Below, one piece after another: positions 9,331 to 17,154 of a stretch of 36,358 bases of DNA. This DNA is from Chloroflexaceae bacterium. Lineage in GTDB: Bacteria > Chloroflexota > Chloroflexia > Chloroflexales > Chloroflexaceae. Each line of letters starts with the position of its first letter. Positions within the stretch are counted from its first letter, which is position 1. The position numbers and the translations under genes were made by a program. The notes beneath the pieces were generated by a model. That model saw only the letters and a program-made list of their open reading frames with translations. It made no database searches and was not told the DNA's origin. The stretch lies in the NCBI GenBank assembly GCA_034429295.1, contig DAOUGF010000174.1, forward strand, positions 1 through 36,358. Reading direction: 5' to 3'.

Positions 9331-9465
9331 TTGGATCGCGAAAGGCGCGAAAGGGGGCGAAAAACGCGAAACGAAGGCGCGAAGACGCGAAAGGGAAGAC
9401 GCGAAACGAAAACGCGAAAATGCGGAACGAAGTGGCGCGAAGCGCTTAAGGGAAGACGCGAAACT
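9331..9465 (+). repeat. CGCGAA-rich repeat, copy L2 (9 CGCGAA motifs plus 1 GCGAA)
   Basis: CGCGAA starts at 9337, 9346, 9365, 9378, 9386, 9400, 9413, 9436 and 9457. The first ~75 nt align with L1 at the same motif spacings (9, 19, 13, 8, 14). It lies in the same orientation as L1, on the other side of pcrA. Confidence 0.75.
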
Positions 9466-9480
9466 GGTTGGTTGGGGCGG

Positions 9481-9822
9481 CTAAGGGATGAGGAAGGCGA
9501 TCAGGTCATCGATCTCTTCCTCGGAGAGGTCGATGGTGGGCATCTGGGTGGTGGGGCGCACGGCGGCAGGGTTGCGCAACCACTTCCGCAGGAACTCTTC
9601 GTCACCCCGGTAGACGGTAAGGGTCGGCCCGACGGCGACGCTCTTACCGGCGTTCTCCAACTCGCCGTGGATGTGGCAGGTGGCACAGCCGCGGCTGAGG
9701 AAGAGCGCCCGCCCGCGCTCCGCGGCGGTGGCGGTGGGCATGGGCGTGGGGCCGGCGGCCTCGGAGCGCGCCCCACACGCGGCCAGGGCGAGCAGCACGA
9801 TAGCGAGCATCAGGGCACGCAC
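9481..9822 (-). CDS. Class I c-type cytochrome, probable lipoprotein
   Basis: 113-aa ORF with a GTG start at 9822, preceded by AGGAGG with an 8-nt spacer. Signal/lipobox LLALAAC. Single haem-binding motif CATCH. A distal Met lies in QMPT. Confidence 0.8.
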   Translation of the reverse strand: MRALMLAIVLLALAACGARSEAAGPTPMPTATAAERGRALFLSRGCATCHIHGELENAGKSVAVGPTLTVYRGDEEFLRKWLRNPAAVRPTTQMPTIDLSEEEIDDLIAFLIP

Positions 9823-9949
9823 GGCGGTACCTCCTGGTGAGCATGCAGAATGATGAGGGCCAAGGACGAAAGGCCAAAGACCAGGCTCTGGTCGATTCGT
9901 CCCTGGCCCTTCGCCTTTGGCCCGAACATGGGAGGGCTAGGGCCGAGTC

Positions 9950-10477
9950 CTATCGGATGGCGGCGGCAGGGCGGCGGGCGCGCATCACCAGCAAGGCCAC
10001 GGCCAGCATCGCGAGCGCCAAGGCGACCAGCGCACCCCAGAGCGCGGGGGCGAGCGCAGGGACAGCCGGGGCGGGCGCCGGGGCAGGCGCAACCACGGTG
10101 ATCGGGGCCAGGGTGGCCGGCGGGCCGAAGGCGTCGATCTGCCACTCCCAAGTGCCGACCTCAGGCAGCGTGATCGTCGCCACGTAGTGACCAGGGCCGC
10201 CCTCGGCCTCGGCGAAGAAGGTGAGACGCTCGCCTCCGCTCGTCAGGGTGATCGTGGGCGTGATACCGTTGATGGGCGTTCTGCCGTGCTGGAGTACAGT
10301 GAAGCCGATCGTGAAGGGAACCCCGGCCTCCACCGGGCGATCGACGCCGATCAGCGCACTCTCGCCGTCGAGCACTACCACGGCCCAGCCACCGGCGCGC
10401 GCCCCGCCGACAAGGCCCAAGGCCAGCAGCATGGCGGCCAGCACCGCACCAAGCTTCCTCAGGGCATCTTTGCTCAT
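9950..10477 (-). CDS. Hypothetical exported protein with a C-terminal transmembrane anchor (beta-sandwich-like middle region, Ala/Pro linker)
   Basis: 175-aa ORF with ATG 10477 preceded by AAGGAG. It has an N-terminal signal-like segment, an APAPAPAPAVPA linker and a C-terminal hydrophobic helix followed by RARRP. GC3 is high. No family was recognised. Confidence 0.6.
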   Translation of the reverse strand: MSKDALRKLGAVLAAMLLALGLVGGARAGGWAVVVLDGESALIGVDRPVEAGVPFTIGFTVLQHGRTPINGITPTITLTSGGERLTFFAEAEGGPGHYVATITLPEVGTWEWQIDAFGPPATLAPITVVAPAPAPAPAVPALAPALWGALVALALAMLAVALLVMRARRPAAAIR

Positions 10478-10561
10478 CGCTCGCTCCTTGTACTATCGTC
10501 ACTGCCATCTGACACTTCCTACACCGGAGGCGGGCGAGGGGTTCCATAATGTTTCCGGATA

Positions 10562-10583
10562 GGACGGCCACGACGGGCCGCCC
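10562..10583. repeat. GC hairpin GGACGGCC-N6-GGCCGCCC (member of a short hairpin family)
   Basis: 8-bp stem with one mismatch, ~35 nt downstream of the anti-sigma stop. It is nearly identical in sequence to the hairpin at 13010..13031. There is no U-tract. Confidence 0.4.
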
Positions 10584-10617
10584 TTACAGCCAAGGCTCCA
10601 CGACGGGCGCTGCGCCT

Positions 10618-11397
10618 TCAGCGCAGCGATTCGGCCACTCGCACCGCCTCCTCCATGGACAGGGTAGTTTCGAGCCGATAGGTGAGCCCATCGGCGGCCC
10701 AGATCAGCGTATTGCCGGGCACGATGCGCCGCAGCTCGAGGCCAAGATCGGCTGAACGTCCCGTCTCGAGGAAGTGCGGGCCACGGACCCAGAGGGCGGC
10801 CGCCCCGTTGACCTCAGTTTGGGCGAGCAGCTCGGTCTCCTCGCCGAAGATGGTTTTCATCGCGAACGCCCCCGAGCTGAGGGTGTGGAGACTCAGCAGT
10901 GGCCGCTGCGGGTCGGCCGGGTCGAGCCAGACGAGCACGAGGGCCGCGCCATCGAGATTCTGGAGATAGGCGAGGTCGGGCGGGCCAAGCTCGGGAGGGT
11001 ACGTTGGCAGGCGCACCGGGAAGGCGACGTGCTCGGCGGCCTCGGCGACAGGGATGGCGCCAACGAGCCCGAGGTCGGGCGTAGGTTGGGCGCTCGGCGC
11101 GGGGGCGAGCTCCGTCGGCGGAGGCCCGGGCAGCACCTGCACACGCACAGCGCCGATCTGGAGGAGCCGCAGAGCGGCCGCCCGCACCTCGGGCACGGCG
11201 AGCAGGGCGGCGAGCAGCAGCACGAGGACCAGGACAAGGCGCAGCGCGAGGCGGCCATAGCCTGCGGAGCGTGAGGGCTCGCCGCGCCGCAGAGCAGCGG
11301 CCAGGTCGGGGGTGGGTGGATAGGGGAAGGAGCGCGCCTCGGCCTGCAGCCTGGCGGCGAGCTCCTCAAGATCAGGGTTGTGTGGCGGCATCTTCAT
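10618..11397 (-). CDS. Putative anti-sigma factor (single-pass membrane protein with a DUF4367-like C-terminal domain)
   Basis: ORF 10618..11742 trimmed to ATG 11397 (MKMPPHNPDLEEL...). That ATG overlaps the sigma-factor stop as ATGA. One TM helix (LALRLVLVLVLLLAALLAV). The extracytoplasmic domain ends ...LTYRLETTLSMEEAVRVAESLR. Confidence 0.6.
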   Translation of the reverse strand: MKMPPHNPDLEELAARLQAEARSFPYPPTPDLAAALRRGEPSRSAGYGRLALRLVLVLVLLLAALLAVPEVRAAALRLLQIGAVRVQVLPGPPPTELAPAPSAQPTPDLGLVGAIPVAEAAEHVAFPVRLPTYPPELGPPDLAYLQNLDGAALVLVWLDPADPQRPLLSLHTLSSGAFAMKTIFGEETELLAQTEVNGAAALWVRGPHFLETGRSADLGLELRRIVPGNTLIWAADGLTYRLETTLSMEEAVRVAESLR

Positions 11398-11948
11398 AGC
11401 TCTCGCTCGGCCCGCAGCGACGGGAAGTCGCGGTCGATCACGCTCCGCAGACGGGCCAGCGCCCGGCTGGTACGCGACTTCACCGTCCCTTGGGGGACGC
11501 CCAAGGCTCTGGCTGTGTCGGCTTCCCCCAGATCGAGGAAGTAGCGCAGATAGAGCACCTCCTGGTCGGCCTGGCCCAAGCGGCGCACAGCCTCCCAGAG
11601 CGTGTGACGCTCCCAGCCGGCGCTCTCGTCGAGCGAGGCGACGGTGGGGGCGAGGGTGAAGGCCCGCTGCAACGCCGCCAGGGAGCGACGCAGCGAACGA
11701 CGATGGTTGCGAGCCTGATTGGCGGCGATCCGCAGCAGCCACGGGCGCAGGGGCCGGCCTGCGTCGAAGCGGGCCAGCGCCCGGTGGGCACGGATGAATG
11801 TCTCCTGAGCGACATCCGCCGCCTCATCGGCGTCGCCCAGCAGGAGATAAGCGAGCCGAAAGATCGGCTCCTGGTGGGCGCGCACCAGCCCTTCCCAGGC
11901 CGAGTCGTCGCCGGCGCGGGCCTGCATGATCAGTGTCTGTTCGGACAC
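11394..11948 (-). CDS. ECF-type RNA polymerase sigma-70 family factor
   Basis: 184-aa ORF with a GTG start at 11948, preceded by GGAGAGG. Region 2: DVAQETFIRAHRALARFD...LRPWLLRIAANQARN. Region 4: EVLYLRYFLDL...VPQGTVKSRTSRALARLR. Confidence 0.9.
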   Translation of the reverse strand: MSEQTLIMQARAGDDSAWEGLVRAHQEPIFRLAYLLLGDADEAADVAQETFIRAHRALARFDAGRPLRPWLLRIAANQARNHRRSLRRSLAALQRAFTLAPTVASLDESAGWERHTLWEAVRRLGQADQEVLYLRYFLDLGEADTARALGVPQGTVKSRTSRALARLRSVIDRDFPSLRAEREL

Positions 11949-12195
11949 GCAACCTCTCCGGAGCGGCGTATCTACTAACTCTACACCGCCGGCCCGCCGA
12001 TGGTTCCAGGTGTCTGTAAGCTCTGTTCCAGGAAGTTGTCAGCTGGCGTTAACACCGATCTTATACAGCGTTAACGGTGCTCTAATCTTGGCGCCCTATA
12101 CTGCGCACAGCTGATGGAGACCGGCGATTTGCGGTGGTCGCGGTCGAAGACCCAGCGAACCCTCACTTGCCACACACCGCCTCCTACTTCCTCAC

Positions 12196-12216
12196 GGCTG
12201 CCCCACAAGGGCGGCC
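12196..12216. repeat. GC hairpin GGCTGCCC-N5-GGGCGGCC immediately downstream of the methyltransferase stop
   Basis: 8-bp stem including one G-T wobble. It is followed on the + strand by GTTTCCTCTTTTA. It belongs to the same GGCCGCCC hairpin family as 10562 and 13010. Confidence 0.4.
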
Positions 12217-12226
12217 GTTTCCTCTT

Positions 12227-12988
12227 TTAGCGGCTCGGCGTAGCGACGGCGATCAGGCGCGGGCTGCCGCTGCCGTACTCGTCGAGATCGTAGGAGCCGT
12301 AGAGATTGCGCACGGTGAAGCCGGCCCGCGCCAGCAGATGCTCCAGCTCGTAGCGGTAGAGCCAGCGCATCGTGAAGCGCATCGTGCGCCTCGTCACCCG
12401 GCCCTCGCCATCGGTCTCATCGTAGATGTAAGTCACGCGGCTGCGTTGCGTGGCGGCGTCGCTGTCCACGGCGACGAACTTCTGCACGTGGCGGCCGTCG
12501 AGCTCATACTCGCGGTCGAGGACGAGGCGGTTGTCCTCGCGGACGATCTCGTGGGGATCAGGGTTGAAGAGGTCGATCACGAGCAGGCCGCGGCGGGTAA
12601 GGGCGCGGCGGACATTGGCGAGCACAGCCAGCTGATCGCGCACCTCCTCGAGATGCATGAAGGAGTTCACCGCCACGAAGGCCATGGCGAAGGTATGCTC
12701 GGGCAGCGGCAGATCGCGCACGTCGCCCTCGATCAGGGTGACGCGCTCGGCGAGCCCGGCCTCCTCCAGGTTGGCGCGAGCGATCGCCAGCATGGCCGGC
12801 GAGATGTCAACGCCCGTGATGGTGAAGCCGGCCTCGGCGAGGGGCAGCAGCACACGGCCGGTGCCGCACATCAGCTCAAGGATGGGGCCGCCGCTGCGCC
12901 GCGCCAGCTCCCGCAGGAAGGGCAGATCGTCGTGATAGTCGCGGAAGTCGGCGTCGTAGTAGCGGGCGAATGGGTCGTAGATGTTCAA
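12227..12988 (-). CDS. Class I SAM-dependent methyltransferase
   Basis: 253-aa ORF. Motif I ILELMCGTGRVLLPLAEAGFTITGVDISPAM. The first in-frame start is TTG at 12988 with no clear SD, so the start is uncertain. Confidence 0.85.
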   Translation of the reverse strand: MNIYDPFARYYDADFRDYHDDLPFLRELARRSGGPILELMCGTGRVLLPLAEAGFTITGVDISPAMLAIARANLEEAGLAERVTLIEGDVRDLPLPEHTFAMAFVAVNSFMHLEEVRDQLAVLANVRRALTRRGLLVIDLFNPDPHEIVREDNRLVLDREYELDGRHVQKFVAVDSDAATQRSRVTYIYDETDGEGRVTRRTMRFTMRWLYRYELEHLLARAGFTVRNLYGSYDLDEYGSGSPRLIAVATPSR

Positions 12989-13009
12989 TTGAGCATTAGA
13001 GATGCGATG

Positions 13010-13031
13010 GGGCGGCCACTACGGGCCGCCC
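13010..13031. repeat. GC hairpin GGGCGGCC-N6-GGCCGCCC
   Basis: Perfect 8-bp stem ~45 nt downstream of the 13077 stop. The flanks (…GGCGGCCACTACGGGCCGCCCGTACGG) match the 10562 copy (…GGACGGCCACGACGGGCCGCCCTTACAG). Confidence 0.4.
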
Positions 13032-13076
13032 GTACGGCTCCGTTCAAGGTGCGCTACAGCGCCTCCAGCGCCCCAA

Positions 13077-13562
13077 TCAGGGGGTGGAGCCTGCGAACAG
13101 CAGGAGGAGGAGGAAGAAGCCGCCGAGGAAGAGCAGGCCGATGATCCCGAAGGCGAGGATGCGCGGGTCGATGATCGGCTCGTAGCGAGGCGGGCTCGGC
13201 AGGCGCTGCTCGCCGGAGGGCAGGCGCGGCCGGGGCAAACCGCTGCTCGTGGGCGGTAGTTGCATGGACCGCGACGGCGCATCCAGGCGCGTAGCCCTGG
13301 ACGACGGAGGGCTCAGCGTGGTCGGCAGGCGTGTGTCGCTGGTGCTGCGGGCCCTATCCACCTGGCGCATCAGCGAGCTACCGAGACTGATGACGACAAT
13401 GAGGATCACCAGGCCGCCGATCAGCATCGGCATGGTAACCGGCAGGCCGGTGACTTGGGAAAGCCAGTTGGCGAGGGGCGGCAGGAAGCGCGAGCCGAAG
13501 ACGATGAGAATAAAGATCAGCCAGCCGATCCAGCCAGCGCTGCCCCGACTGCTCTGCCCCAT
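13077..13562 (-). CDS. Hypothetical membrane protein (two N-terminal TM helices, Pro/Ser/Arg-rich linker, C-terminal TM helix)
   Basis: ORF 13077..13649 trimmed to ATG 13562 (MGQSSRGSAGWIGWLIFILIVF...), which is preceded by the strong SD GAGGAGGA. No family was recognised. Confidence 0.55.
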   Translation of the reverse strand: MGQSSRGSAGWIGWLIFILIVFGSRFLPPLANWLSQVTGLPVTMPMLIGGLVILIVVISLGSSLMRQVDRARSTSDTRLPTTLSPPSSRATRLDAPSRSMQLPPTSSGLPRPRLPSGEQRLPSPPRYEPIIDPRILAFGIIGLLFLGGFFLLLLLFAGSTP

Positions 13563-13593
13563 AGCGTTCCTCCTCTTCCGCCTGAGCGCAACC

Positions 13594-16500
13594 TCATTGT
13601 AGCACGGTCTCCGGCGGCACCACCGCCACCTCCGGCGCGGGCAGCCCATCTTCCCCCTCTACCATCAGGTGGAGGAACCACTGCCAGGGGTTATCGTCCG
13701 CCCCATGCGGGCTCACCACGAGCACATGGTTCAGCCCGGGGCGCAACGCCACGGGAGCCGTGCGGGACCAGGTCGGGTTTACCTTGAGGGCGCTGTGGGC
13801 TACAAGCTCCGCGGTGGCCACCTCCGCGCCGTTCACATAGATCTGGATGGGCCGCTGCGACTGATAGGCGAGGCGCACCTGCCGCGCGTCGGGGCTAAGC
13901 AGATCAGCCGCGGCATAGGCCACCAGCGCCACGCCCTGGTTCGCGACCCCGTAGCGCTGGAGCGGCACATTGCAGCGCTCCACCAGGCTCTGAAACTCTC
14001 CGCCGTGGGCAGGCGCGTGGAGGTATCCCTCCCAGGGCAACTCCGGCCGGGGCGCCCCCGTCTCGTCCAGCAGCTGCTCGATGCTGTAGGCCTGCTCGGC
14101 GGGCACCGCCATGGTGCGCCAGGCGCCGGCGGTGGGGAAGATCGTCTGCCCGGCGAAGCGCTCTTCTATCGTGCGGCCGCGCCAGGTGAGCCGCAGGTCG
14201 AGGGACCAGCGCCTGGTGACGATCGAGCGATCCCAAGCGAAGGGGGCCTCGATAATCGTATCGGCGGCGAGATCGCCAAGATCGAAGGGATGCTCCGCCG
14301 CGCCGTCGGGCCCAACGATGCGCCAAACGCCGCTGGCGTGGACGGTTGAGCCGTCGCGGGGGGCGGCGATCAGCAGGGCGCCGAGGGCGCGGGCGGCGTC
14401 CTCCGGCGTGGTGTAGGTGAAGAGGCGAGCGAAGGGGCCGCCGAGGCGGGCGAGGGCGTGGCGCGCCGCCGACAGCCGCTCGGGCCCTGCTTCCCCGGCG
14501 CTCGCGGCGAGGGCCGCCTCAGAGAGATCATCGCCCTCAGCTGTCGGCAGGCCGAGGAGCCTGCGGGCGTCGGCCGCGCGAATAGCGGCGCTGCGGTCGT
14601 CGTCGAGGGCGCTGAGCGGGCCGTCCGCCGCCACACTCAGGGTGATAGGCTCGGCTTTTGGCCTGGCGGGGATCTCAACGACCAGCATCTGCTCCGCGTC
14701 GTCGTAGCGCCAGCCCTCGAGCGGCTCACCGTCGAGGTGAACCTCGAAGGGCCGGCGCACAAACATGAAGCGCACGGTGTAGGCCCGCACCGGCGGCAGC
14801 GCGGCGCAATGCCCAACCACAGGGCCGATCGTCACCTCGCAGCTGCGGCCATCGGCGGCGGTGCCCATGGTCACCAGCGTCCACTCGTACTGGCCGGCGA
14901 GATACGCCTCGCCCTCGCCCTCGTCATCGTAGACCCGCAGGCTACCCCGCTCGCCGGGGAAGATCGCGAGGATCAGCTGGTCGTGGGGCTGCCGATGGCT
15001 GCGACCGGCCTCGGGGGCGAGGGGCAGAATGCCGCCGGCGCGCACCAGCTGCGGCATCGCGCGCAGGTCGCCGGCCAGCCGCACCCAAGCGGGCCCGTGG
15101 AAGGTTTCGCCACTGGCGCGCTCGATCCAGGTGCCGGGGGGCACCCAGACATCGGCGGGGGCCAAACCGCTGGCAGGGTCGGCGGGGTGGACGATCGGCG
15201 CGACGATCATTTGGTCGCCGAGGGCGTACTGCTCGCGGGCGAGGTAGGCCGCCGGCTCATCGGGCCACTCGTAGTAGAGTGGGCGGGCCGGGGCGAGCGC
15301 CTCGTCGGCGTGGACGCGGGCAAGGGTGTAAAGGTAGGGCAGTAGCTCATAGCGCGCCTTGAAGGCCTCGCGGGCGGCGTCGCACACCGGCTTCGGGAAA
15401 GCCCAGGGGCGGCGCTCGGCGGCCTCGTCGTTGGTGGAGTGGAGGCGCAGGATGGGGCTGAGGGCGCCGAGCTGCACCCAGCGCGCGAACAGCTCGGGCT
15501 CGCAGGCGTCGAAGTGGCCGCCGATGTCGTGGCTCCACCAGCCGTAGAGCACATTGGCGGCGGTGGCGGTGAAGTAAGGCTGGAAGCGCAGGGCCTCCCA
15601 GGTGGCGTAAGTATCGCCGGAGAAACCGATCGGGTAGCGATGGTTGCCGAGACCAGCCCAGCGGGAGAAGATCATCGGCCGGCGGCCCGGGCGGCGACGT
15701 ATGTCGTGATAGTGGAGATGATTCAGCCAGAGCAGCGGGTCGAGCCCGGCCATCTCGCTCGTACGGCCCTGTTGCCAGTCTATCCACCAGAAATCGATGC
15801 CCTGGTTCTCGATCGGGTGGTGGAGCAGCTCGAAGTAGTTCCGGGCGAAGCGCTCATCGCTGATGCGGAAGGGCACCGGCTCGCCGGGCGGGACGCCCAT
15901 AGCGGCGGCGAAGGCCGGGTAGGCGGCCTCGTGGGGAGCCACGCCGTCGGCGGGGTGAAGGTTCAGGGTGAGGTGCAGGCCCTGGCGGCGCAGCCAGGTG
16001 AGCATGGCGGCCGGGTCGGGAAAGAGCTTGTTGTTCCAGGTGTAGCCCGTCCAACCCGGGAGATGCCAGTCCATATCGATCACGAGCACATCGAGGGGAA
16101 AATCCTGCTCGTCAAAATCAGCGATCAGACGGCGCAGATCCTGCTCGTTGTAGGCCCAGTAGCGGGACCACCAGGCGCCCAGAGCCCAGCGAGGGATGAG
16201 CGGCACGGCGCCGCCGAAGCGGGCATACTCGGCGAGGGCGGCCTTATAATCGTGGCCATAGCCGAAGAAGTACCAATCCTGAAGCGGGCCCTCCGGCCGG
16301 GGCTGCACCCAGCCCGTAACCGGGTCGAAGCGCACGGCGGCGCTATCGTCGTGGACCGCCCAGCCGGAGCGGGAGAGGATGCCGGGGTCGAGGGCGGCCT
16401 CACCGCGGCAGCCGTCGAGGGTGCGACGGGCGCCCCGCAGGTTGAGCGGATCGGCCATGCCTGGCTTCCAGCTCACAGGCGCGCCCGCCACCTCCAGCTC

Positions 16501-16803
16501 GATGAGCAGATTGTCGGCGCTGTGCGGGCCGCTGAGGCCGCGGCGGACGAGGCGCAACGCCCCGGTTTCGATAGTGAGCTCCTCGCCGCTGATCGCGGAA
16601 TGGAAGGGCGGGACGGAGCCGCGCCTGGTGGGGAAGGCATAGGTAGGCCGGTCGTCGAAGGCGCCATCGGGCGCCCACTCGATGCGAATGAGCCGCGGGG
16701 TGAGCACGGTGAAGCGGCACTCGCCATGGACGACCACGGCCTCCGGCGCGGCGATGGGCTCGCCCCGCAGCCCGACACGGGTAAAGAAATCAGCGGAGGT
16801 CAT
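13594..16803 (-). CDS. Glycoside hydrolase family 31 protein (alpha-glucosidase/xylosidase-like) with a ~430-aa C-terminal extension
   Basis: 1069-aa ORF starting at ATG 16803. GH31-like segments: VLVIDMDWH, GIDFWWIDWQQG, GRRPMIFSRWAGLGNHRYPIGFSGDTYATWE and WWSHDIGGH. I did not recognise the C-terminal ~430 aa. Confidence 0.82.
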   Translation of the reverse strand: MTSADFFTRVGLRGEPIAAPEAVVVHGECRFTVLTPRLIRIEWAPDGAFDDRPTYAFPTRRGSVPPFHSAISGEELTIETGALRLVRRGLSGPHSADNLLIELEVAGAPVSWKPGMADPLNLRGARRTLDGCRGEAALDPGILSRSGWAVHDDSAAVRFDPVTGWVQPRPEGPLQDWYFFGYGHDYKAALAEYARFGGAVPLIPRWALGAWWSRYWAYNEQDLRRLIADFDEQDFPLDVLVIDMDWHLPGWTGYTWNNKLFPDPAAMLTWLRRQGLHLTLNLHPADGVAPHEAAYPAFAAAMGVPPGEPVPFRISDERFARNYFELLHHPIENQGIDFWWIDWQQGRTSEMAGLDPLLWLNHLHYHDIRRRPGRRPMIFSRWAGLGNHRYPIGFSGDTYATWEALRFQPYFTATAANVLYGWWSHDIGGHFDACEPELFARWVQLGALSPILRLHSTNDEAAERRPWAFPKPVCDAAREAFKARYELLPYLYTLARVHADEALAPARPLYYEWPDEPAAYLAREQYALGDQMIVAPIVHPADPASGLAPADVWVPPGTWIERASGETFHGPAWVRLAGDLRAMPQLVRAGGILPLAPEAGRSHRQPHDQLILAIFPGERGSLRVYDDEGEGEAYLAGQYEWTLVTMGTAADGRSCEVTIGPVVGHCAALPPVRAYTVRFMFVRRPFEVHLDGEPLEGWRYDDAEQMLVVEIPARPKAEPITLSVAADGPLSALDDDRSAAIRAADARRLLGLPTAEGDDLSEAALAASAGEAGPERLSAARHALARLGGPFARLFTYTTPEDAARALGALLIAAPRDGSTVHASGVWRIVGPDGAAEHPFDLGDLAADTIIEAPFAWDRSIVTRRWSLDLRLTWRGRTIEERFAGQTIFPTAGAWRTMAVPAEQAYSIEQLLDETGAPRPELPWEGYLHAPAHGGEFQSLVERCNVPLQRYGVANQGVALVAYAAADLLSPDARQVRLAYQSQRPIQIYVNGAEVATAELVAHSALKVNPTWSRTAPVALRPGLNHVLVVSPHGADDNPWQWFLHLMVEGEDGLPAPEVAVVPPETVLQ

Positions 16804-16907
16804 TGGAGCTTCCGATCTCTCTCTAGCACATACATAGGGCAGGGCACAGCAGCGCCCTGAACGCAGATTACATGTGGGGGTGCCTGTTCCGTAGGCAGAA
16901 AGTGATA

Positions 16908-16979
16908 CTAACGTAGCCCATTATAGCGAGGGCGTGGCCCCTCGCAAGGCAAGAGAGGACGCTCTGCAAGGGCGTCCTC
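16908..16979 (+). repeat. Possible degenerate copy of the composite intergenic repeat (copy G)
   Basis: CTAACGTAGCCCATTATAGCGAGGGCGTGGCCCCTCGCAAGGCAAGAGAGGACGCTCTGCAAGGGCGTCC resembles CTAGTG..CGTAGTCCGTACAGCGAGGGTCTCGCAAAGCCAGAGAG..hairpin of copy A. The similarity is weak and judged by eye only. Confidence 0.25.
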
Positions 16980-17154
16980 GGCTTCGAGAACCACTTCATC
17001 GCCGTGTACCAGGAGTTCCTCGTACAGGAACTGGAGTGTGGCGACGTGGCCGCGGCCGAGCGCGGGCGAGACATAACGCCCGCACAGATCACCGCGTGCT
17101 ATCATTAGATAGCGCCGTGGCCTTCCGCGATCATTCAGATGAGGAGAACCGCGC

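Noticed and set aside
6821-9465. The CGCGAA repeat clusters as a CRISPR array
   Set aside because: The repeat units are only 6-8 nt with irregular 2-15-nt spacers. The two clusters are separated by a helicase gene, and there are no cas genes. This does not fit CRISPR architecture.
12134-13144. 336-aa + ORF
   Set aside because: It is antisense to the SAM methyltransferase gene and also spans an intergenic hairpin. It has no family resemblance.
14458-16860. + ORFs 14458..15345 (295 aa) and 15439..16860 (473 aa)
   Set aside because: They are antisense to the GH31 gene.
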